Source: an uncultured Methanosarcinales archaeon
Lineage (GTDB): Archaea > Nanobdellota > Nanobdellia > Woesearchaeales > DATDXC01
Assembly (NCBI GenBank): GCA_964447875.1
Contig: CAYUUQ010000001.1
Location: forward strand, 1 to 41,251
Reading direction: 5' to 3'
Length of the DNA stretch: 41,251 nucleotides
Positions 36,166 through 41,251 of this stretch are shown here, piece after piece. Under the pieces are notes generated by a model. That model saw nothing but the letters and a program-made list of their open reading frames with translations. It was not told the DNA's origin and searched no databases. Position 1 is the stretch's first letter, and every line of letters starts with the position of its first letter. The position numbers were made by a program, and so were the translations under genes.

Positions 36166-36918
36166 TCAATACAAAGATAAGTTGGGTTTAGCTTTTTGAT
36201 ATTCTTTATATGCTTTTATCCATGTCTTTGACATCATTTCTTTAGTTATCCTCTTATCATTATTAAAGTTTCTTTTAAAATGCCCGCAAAAACGACATAG
36301 TAATCTTAATTGACTTTTTAATGTTTGTTGATTTACTAATGAAAGTCTCTTTATAGCTATATCAAAACCAAATACTCTATCAAGGCTAGCCCCTGCACCA
36401 CATGGATAATAACCATATCTAGTCAGCCCCAATCCACATTCTTGAGTTGTCTTACAACCTCTAGTGAAATCTGCGTTCTTATATTCTTTTATATCAATTG
36501 GTGATATGTTATAACTAAAAAACTTATTTTTAATAGAAGTTTTATATGAATTTCTAATATTCACCCAACTTGGTAATTTGGATAAAATTTTATTAACTTT
36601 TCTACCATACCCATTTGTTACAAGTTCTATAATACAATTCTGTTTTATGTCCCTATATCTTTTTAAGATCCTTAGGATATCAAAAATATGTGGATGTAAA
36701 GTTGGTTCGCCACCAAGTAATCCTATATATTTCCAATTCCAATTTTATTCGATAGATTCATTTACGAACTTAATAATTTGGTTGAGCGTCATCTGTTCAT
36801 TAGATGCGGCTTGTCTAACTGATCTATTACAATTAAAACAACATAAATTGCAAAAGGTAGTTATTTCAATTTCTATCTTTTTCATATTTGGAATCCATGA
36901 TCTTTTCTTATTAGACAT
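36166..36918 (-). pseudogene. Small radical SAM gene with an in-frame TAA at 36745-36747
   Basis: Hand translation from the ATG at 36918 gives MSNKKRSWIPNMKKIEIEITTFCNLCCFNCNR...FVNESIE-TAA-NWNWKYIGLLGGEPTLHPH... This runs in the same frame into the ORF-track piece 36166..36564. The stop separates the CxxxCxxC motif from the GGEP motif. Confidence 0.8.
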
Positions 36919-36961
36919 TTTATATTAAATATCAACTTATTCTAAATCTTATTTTTCAATA

Positions 36962-38674
36962 TCATTTTATTGAATTTTTACTTATTTCAAAAAAATCTTT
37001 ACACATATCGCAATACTCAAAATTTTTACTCTTAACCTTTCTTCTTACAGAAATGGCTTCACTAGAATAATATATATCATGCAGATTTTTCTCAAATATA
37101 TTTCCTATTTTAGCTTCAAGAATAGTTAATGTTCCACAACATGGAAAAACATCACCATTTGGCATTATATCAAGGGTATAATTAGGAACAACACACGGAA
37201 CTTTTTTGTGGAATATTTTACCATATTTTCCTTCTGAAAAATTCTCTAATTCTTCTAAAAATTCATTATTTTTTGATTTATTTATAATAAAAATTTTTGA
37301 TTTCCCAACTAAATCAAAAAAGAAAGGATTGAATGAAATGTTTATTTTTAATTTTTCACTTAGCATGTTAGGAATAATTTTTAAATAAAATTCTTTCATT
37401 TGAACTTTATTCAGCCTTAAATTTGATTTGGATATTACCTTATTTTTTGAATTTTGACTTAAGCAATCAACTTGAGAAAAATAAAGATTATCAACCCCTA
37501 ATCTATCCAAAATTATCGGAAGATCGGATATATGATCATAATTTATTTTTGTAATAACGCAATTTACACCAACTCTTATTTCAGGATTCGATATCTTTAT
37601 TTTTTGTATAAACTCAGTTATTTTATCGAAACTATCGACTCCTGTTATTTTTTTTTGAATATCTTTATCATCTGAGTGTAATGTTAACATAACTTCATCT
37701 AGTAACTTTGAATATTTTATTACTTCGTTATTATTTAAAACTGCATTGGTGGCATATTCTATTTTAAATCCTAATAATTTAGAAAATTCAAAAACTTCTA
37801 TTAGGTTATGATATAAACTAGCTTCTCCACCTGTTATCTTGATATGATTAAAATCTAACACAAATGCTTCAAATAAAATGTTTTTTACTTTTTCAAGAGG
37901 TAAACTAGATTTATTTTCTTGATTCCACCAATCACATATTATACATCTTGAATTACATTTGTCTGTTAACCTTAGGTAAATTGATTTTGTTGGATAATCT
38001 GAAATTGGTTTTGCTATTGAAATAAACTTACTCTTACCATCAAACAACCTAACATCAACCTCTTGTTTTAATTCCCTTAAATTTCTTATACCCTTAACTG
38101 TTTGTTCAAAACTTCCTGGAACTTTAGTTATCTTATCATGTTCTTCAGAGGTTTTACCAAATATATTAATTATAAACTTATTTGCACCAGCATCGATTAT
38201 TTTTTTACAATATTCTAAGTTTGAAAATGCTCTTCCGTTTGATTCTATTGTTATGTATTTATAATCTAACTGTTTTGCATAATCTATTAAAACATCTAAA
38301 TTATCTCTTAATGTTGATTCTCCACCTGTGAAAATTACTTCTTCTCTGAAATAGGATTCTTTGTTATCATTTTTCCATTCTTGAAGTTGATTAAAAACAA
38401 CTTCTTTTCTTTTTCTATCTCCGCCCTTACCTATCTGAAAACAAAAAGAACAATTATTATTGCATTGATGAAAAATTGGTATCTTTAATGGTGTTTTTAG
38501 TTCTTCAAGTATTAATTTAGGAGTGAGATTAGAATTAAATGTCATTTCTAGTTCTGAAAAATTGTTTTTCATCATTGATAATTTTTCTTTTGAATTATTT
38601 AATTCTTTTATTAGATTGGTTAATTGAACAATATCTAGATTGGCTATTGATTTAGAAACGCCTTTATCTACCAA
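36962..38674 (-). CDS. Tandem di-domain radical SAM protein (two complete rSAM cores)
   Basis: Core 1 has CNNNCSFC (38441-38464, verified on DNA) plus FTGGES. Core 2 has CNSRCIIC (37934-37957, verified) plus ITGGEA, then CVVPNYTLDIMPNGDVFPCC and CDMC. The ORF-track start is a TTG. The first ATGs are at codons 34/35. The frame is continuous with the upstream GT-B gene. Confidence 0.85.
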   Translation of the reverse strand: MVDKGVSKSIANLDIVQLTNLIKELNNSKEKLSMMKNNFSELEMTFNSNLTPKLILEELKTPLKIPIFHQCNNNCSFCFQIGKGGDRKRKEVVFNQLQEWKNDNKESYFREEVIFTGGESTLRDNLDVLIDYAKQLDYKYITIESNGRAFSNLEYCKKIIDAGANKFIINIFGKTSEEHDKITKVPGSFEQTVKGIRNLRELKQEVDVRLFDGKSKFISIAKPISDYPTKSIYLRLTDKCNSRCIICDWWNQENKSSLPLEKVKNILFEAFVLDFNHIKITGGEASLYHNLIEVFEFSKLLGFKIEYATNAVLNNNEVIKYSKLLDEVMLTLHSDDKDIQKKITGVDSFDKITEFIQKIKISNPEIRVGVNCVITKINYDHISDLPIILDRLGVDNLYFSQVDCLSQNSKNKVISKSNLRLNKVQMKEFYLKIIPNMLSEKLKINISFNPFFFDLVGKSKIFIINKSKNNEFLEELENFSEGKYGKIFHKKVPCVVPNYTLDIMPNGDVFPCCGTLTILEAKIGNIFEKNLHDIYYSSEAISVRRKVKSKNFEYCDMCKDFFEISKNSIK

Positions 38675-38704
38675 TAGATTGGTTCTTTCTAATTGATCAT
38701 CATA

Positions 38705-39529
38705 TTATTTAACCAAAGCGTAAAGTAAAGATGTGGTTTTTGTATAAATAAAATCATTTATAGTGTTATACCCTACTTGAGAGATTACTAAATCTGCGCA
38801 ATTCATTAATTCTAAAAAATTCTGTTCAAATTTAACAACTGAATCATTAGGTATTTTATTATATGGTCCAGAAATTATTATAAAATTAATGTTTTCGTTT
38901 GTTAGTTTTTCTTTTAATTTTAGAATTAAATCAAAATATTCTTTTGATTTTTTATCTCCTCCGCCGCCTGCAGATGCTAAGATAACTAATTGATTGTTAA
39001 TTATTTTATATTTTTTAGAAACATCTGAATTAATCTTTAATTTTCTAACTAATGGCCCTATAAATTTTATTTTTTCTGAATTTGATAATGATTCTAATAT
39101 TTTTGGTGGTACAGAATATCCTTTAAACTCATCAATAGAATGGGGCAATAAAATTAAATCAATATGTTCGTAATCTGAACTTTTTATGAATTTATCGATA
39201 AGATTGTTTTTATATTTTCTAAAAACAAATATATGTTTTAAAGGGAAATTAAATGTTGTACCTAAAATACCTGTATTGTAACTAGCATCCCAAATTATAG
39301 CGTTTGGTTTATAATCTGTAATTATATTATATATTTCTTCATAATAGTTCTTTTTCTCAATCTTAAAATAGGTATATCCTTTTTGATCTAACCAATAATT
39401 GAATTTAGAATTAGTCATAAATGCTATATCTAAGTGAGGCATTGCTTTTTTTAACATGTCTGCAATTATTATGCTTCTATTTAAATGACCTAGTCCTTCA
39501 CCATTTACAACATAAAATAATATTTTCAT
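38705..39529 (-). CDS. GT-B fold glycosyltransferase (GT28/GT1, MurG/MJ1255-like), apparently truncated by a TAA at 38705-38707
   Basis: MKILFYVVNGEGLGHLNRS (G-x-GH-x-x-R), LASAGGGGDK and ADLVISQVGYNT. The ORF ends about 55 aa short of the family norm. Beyond the TAA, YDDQLERTNLLVDKGVSKSIANLDIVQLTNLIKEL continues the GT28-type C-terminal pattern in the same frame. Confidence 0.65.
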   Translation of the reverse strand: MKILFYVVNGEGLGHLNRSIIIADMLKKAMPHLDIAFMTNSKFNYWLDQKGYTYFKIEKKNYYEEIYNIITDYKPNAIIWDASYNTGILGTTFNFPLKHIFVFRKYKNNLIDKFIKSSDYEHIDLILLPHSIDEFKGYSVPPKILESLSNSEKIKFIGPLVRKLKINSDVSKKYKIINNQLVILASAGGGGDKKSKEYFDLILKLKEKLTNENINFIIISGPYNKIPNDSVVKFEQNFLELMNCADLVISQVGYNTINDFIYTKTTSLLYALVK

Positions 39530-39542
39530 AGTTTCAGTAATG

Positions 39543-39550
39543 TTTAAATA
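39543..39550 (+). promoter_or_regulatory. TATA-like box TTTAAATA for the plus-strand gene starting at 39573
   Basis: Centre is 26.5 nt upstream of the ATG at 39573, in the 43-nt divergent intergenic region. Confidence 0.35.
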
Positions 39551-39551
39551 G

Positions 39552-39559
39552 ATTTAAAG
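39552..39559 (-). promoter_or_regulatory. TATA-like box CTTTAAAT (minus strand) for the gene starting at 39529
   Basis: Centre is 26.5 nt upstream of the minus-strand ATG at 39529. It forms a crossed pair with the box at 39543-39550. Confidence 0.3.
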
Positions 39560-39572
39560 ATTATGGTTTTAT

Positions 39573-40712
39573 ATGAAAAGGGTTGTTTTTATATTTCCTA
39601 AATTAAGTAGTCTTGGGGGAGCTGAGAAGGTATTTTTGCATGCTATGAAGATTATGCAAAATCAAGGATATGAGATAATATTGATAACTCAGAGTATTCC
39701 TGATAATGATATGGCTATAAAGCTTTATGGAATAGATATTGAGAAAATAGTTTCAAGATATTATAAAGTAAGGGCTTCTAATTTATCTTCATCTTTTAGA
39801 GGCATATGGGTCTATCAGAAGGAAAAAGAGATAGGAAAGATTCTAGAGATAATAGAAAAAGAGAAACCTGAAATGTTATTTATCTCTCAAGCTAATATGC
39901 CAAAAATTGAGGTTGATATCCCTAAGATTGCTTTTGTCTGGTGTCCGTTTACAAGGTATTTATTTAAAAGAAAAAATTACAAGTTAAAAAGTGAGTGGAG
40001 AAAAAAGATGGATGCTAAAGTTGATGAAGCACCAGACGATTATCTATTACTTGCTAATTCTGAATGGACACAAGATAAGATAAAACAAATATGGGGATGT
40101 GAAAGCAAGGTACTGTATCCTTGTTGTGATATCAAAGAAGGAAGTGTAAAGGCTGAAGATAAAAAAAATTGGATATGTACTATATCTCGGTTTAATAAAC
40201 ATAAACATATAGAGATTGCAATTGATGCTGTTAAGGAATTAGAGAATCTTGAATTACATCTGATAGGTATTGCTAAAAATGAAGAAGATGAAGATTATTT
40301 GAAGAAATTGAAGAAAATGGCTGGGAGTAAATGTGTGTTTCATGTTAATGCTAGTATAGAAGAGAAAAAAGAAGTTCTTAAAAAAAGTAAGTATGGATTA
40401 CATCTAAATGGTGCTAATATGCAATTTCCAACATATGTAGGGTATGAACACTTTGGAATTGTTATCGCTGAGATGATGAGTTTTGGATGTGTAATGCAGC
40501 ATTATAAATATGGATTTTTTCCTGAATTTATATTGGATGAAGATCAGAAATTTAATGGTGTTGATGATATTATTACAAATATAAAGAAGTTTGAGGATGA
40601 TTTTGAATTGTATAATAAAACAATGTTAAAAAATCAGGAGATTGCTAGTAAATATACTGATGAGGAGTTTGAGAAAGGATTATTGGAGATTGTTGAGAAA
40701 ATTGGGACTTAA
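39573..40712 (+). CDS. GT4-type GT-B glycosyltransferase
   Basis: 379 aa. EHFGIVIAEMMSFGCV is the E-x7-E signature of retaining GT4 enzymes. The N-terminal SLGGAEKV motif is typical. Confidence 0.8.
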   Translation: MKRVVFIFPKLSSLGGAEKVFLHAMKIMQNQGYEIILITQSIPDNDMAIKLYGIDIEKIVSRYYKVRASNLSSSFRGIWVYQKEKEIGKILEIIEKEKPEMLFISQANMPKIEVDIPKIAFVWCPFTRYLFKRKNYKLKSEWRKKMDAKVDEAPDDYLLLANSEWTQDKIKQIWGCESKVLYPCCDIKEGSVKAEDKKNWICTISRFNKHKHIEIAIDAVKELENLELHLIGIAKNEEDEDYLKKLKKMAGSKCVFHVNASIEEKKEVLKKSKYGLHLNGANMQFPTYVGYEHFGIVIAEMMSFGCVMQHYKYGFFPEFILDEDQKFNGVDDIITNIKKFEDDFELYNKTMLKNQEIASKYTDEEFEKGLLEIVEKIGT

Positions 40713-40778
40713 TTATGACTGATCTTACAGGCAGCAATGTTGCCGATATTGAAATTACAGTGGCTGATTTAATAGGTA

Positions 40779-41251
40779 TTAATATTTAAGGTATGCAGTA
40801 TTTCCTCCTGGAGAGAATATTATATTAAATCTTGTTAAATCTGTCAATATACCATAACTCCACATGAAGATAAATATGATGATGATGATTATGCTTATTA
40901 TTAACTTTTTTATTGTTTTATTTCTTAATTTGATATTATTTGATAATAGATTTAATTTAATCTTTGAAATATTAGTTAAACCTTTTGAAGCCAATATTGT
41001 TATAAATGGAATCAATGCAGTATGCATCCTACTTTCGGCTAAAGTTAAACTATGTAGTACCGTATAATAAAATATAATGATTAATAGTAACCATATTTTA
41101 TTATTTAATTTTGTAAATATTGTTCCAATTATGCCCATTATTATTATGATAGTATAAGGTATGGTTATTAGAAAAAATAAAAAGAATAGTATTGCTGGGT
41201 GAAGTTCTCCAATATAATTATGAGAATAAGCCATAATAAATTCTCTTTTAT
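40779..41251 (-). CDS. Integral membrane protein, probably the 3-prime part of a larger polytopic gene running off the window
   Basis: The 151-aa ORF-track piece has about 4 TM helices. The frame stays open upstream of the ATG at 41234 to the window edge (..KREFI-MAYSH), so the true start is probably outside the window. Confidence 0.4.
   Translation of the reverse strand, partial: KREFIMAYSHNYIGELHPAILFFLFFLITIPYTIIIIMGIIGTIFTKLNNKIWLLLIIIFYYTVLHSLTLAESRMHTALIPFITILASKGLTNISKIKLNLLSNNIKLRNKTIKKLIISIIIIIIFIFMWSYGILTDLTRFNIIFSPGGNTAYLKY

Noticed and set aside
36578-36928. 116-aa plus-strand ORF.
   Set aside because: The opposite strand encodes the N-terminal half of an rSAM (FCNLCCFNC ... GGEPTL) that the ORF track missed because of the in-frame TAA. 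The plus-strand ORF is its shadow.
40730-40744. Imperfect hairpin GGCAGC-AAT-GTTGCC between convergent genes, considered as a terminator.
   Set aside because: It has a 6-bp stem including a G-U pair and no following T-tract, which is too weak to call. If the organism is archaeal, termination would rely on oligo-T runs, which are ubiquitous here.
1351-41067. Sixteen short ORF-track entries of 60-99 aa lying antisense inside longer genes: 1351..1569, 6410..6628, 8572..8757, 10634..10816, 11071..11280, 14352..14651, 17506..17727, 19190..19423, 23368..23610, 23963..24163, 24911..25153, 30176..30376, 31631..31822, 35014..35211, 37206..37388 and 40864..41067.
   Set aside because: Each lies entirely within a longer ORF that has clear family motifs on the opposite strand. 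Their translations are low-complexity F/L/I/S/K-rich strings with no recognisable motifs, as expected for antisense frames.
1-41251. Genome-wide reassignment of TAA to a sense codon, as an explanation for the three in-frame TAAs.
   Set aside because: At least a dozen genes here end at TAA with normal-length C-termini, immediately followed by coupled starts, convergent gene ends or further TAAs in frame. Reading through them gives non-protein-like sequence.
1-41251. RiPP (ribosomal peptide) biosynthetic cluster, suggested by the many SPASM-type rSAMs.
   Set aside because: I found no credible precursor peptide (no Cys/Gly-rich small ORF next to any rSAM), no leader peptidase, no RiPP recognition-element protein and no ABC exporter. 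The partners are all sugar and lipid-carrier enzymes. I cannot exclude it without HMM searches.
1-41251. CRISPR arrays, tRNA/rRNA genes, transposases, integrases, prophage or defence genes.
   Set aside because: No spaced direct repeats, no GC-rich structured RNA-like islands, and no ORF with recognisable transposase, integrase or nuclease motifs were seen. Coding genes fill nearly all of the window.
1-41251. Giant-virus or low-GC Firmicute/Mollicute origin, suggested by the extreme AT content.
   Set aside because: Tight operons with ATGA overlaps argue against a eukaryotic virus. Near-total lack of GGAGG-type Shine-Dalgarno sequences argues against Firmicutes. TGA clearly functions as a stop (for example 9056-9058 and 32277-32279), which argues against genetic code 4.

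Overview
Very AT-rich (by eye about three quarters A+T), gene-dense prokaryotic window. It holds about 35 protein-coding genes in 13 alternating strand blocks, many joined by 4-nt ATGA/TTGA overlaps. I saw no rRNA, tRNA, CRISPR array, transposase, integrase or regulator gene. The whole window reads as one giant envelope glycan/lipid-tailoring locus. It contains 14 radical SAM (rSAM) genes carrying 15 rSAM domains: 6 class B cobalamin-domain type, 7 single-domain SPASM/twitch-like type and 1 tandem di-domain. Together these cover about 17 kb, roughly 40 percent of the window. They are interleaved with six (plus one partial) large polytopic GT-C-like membrane proteins, and five of the six sit next to an rSAM gene on the same strand. 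The remaining genes supply Arn-like polyprenyl-phosphate amino-sugar logic: a DegT aminotransferase, an extended SDR, two GT2 polyprenyl-P-sugar-synthase-like enzymes, a CE4 deacetylase and a flippase-like membrane protein. There are also two NodU/CmcH carbamoyltransferases, a PP-loop ATPase, a SAM methyltransferase and two GT-B glycosyltransferases. I cannot match this architecture to a characterised pathway. My main hypothesis is a modular system that radically tailors lipid-linked sugars and exports them through dedicated GT-C enzymes. Four genes are disrupted. Three reading frames with conserved sequence on both sides are interrupted by TAA codons (29974-29976, 36745-36747, 38705-38707). 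One of these suggests an ancestral GT-B + rSAM + rSAM fusion. One class B rSAM carries two opposite-sign frameshifts that bracket its B12 domain. TATA-like boxes about 25-29 nt upstream of block-leading start codons and the absence of Shine-Dalgarno motifs suggest an AT-rich archaeon with leaderless transcripts. That assignment is tentative. All functional calls come from motif and family pattern recognition by eye. No database search was run.
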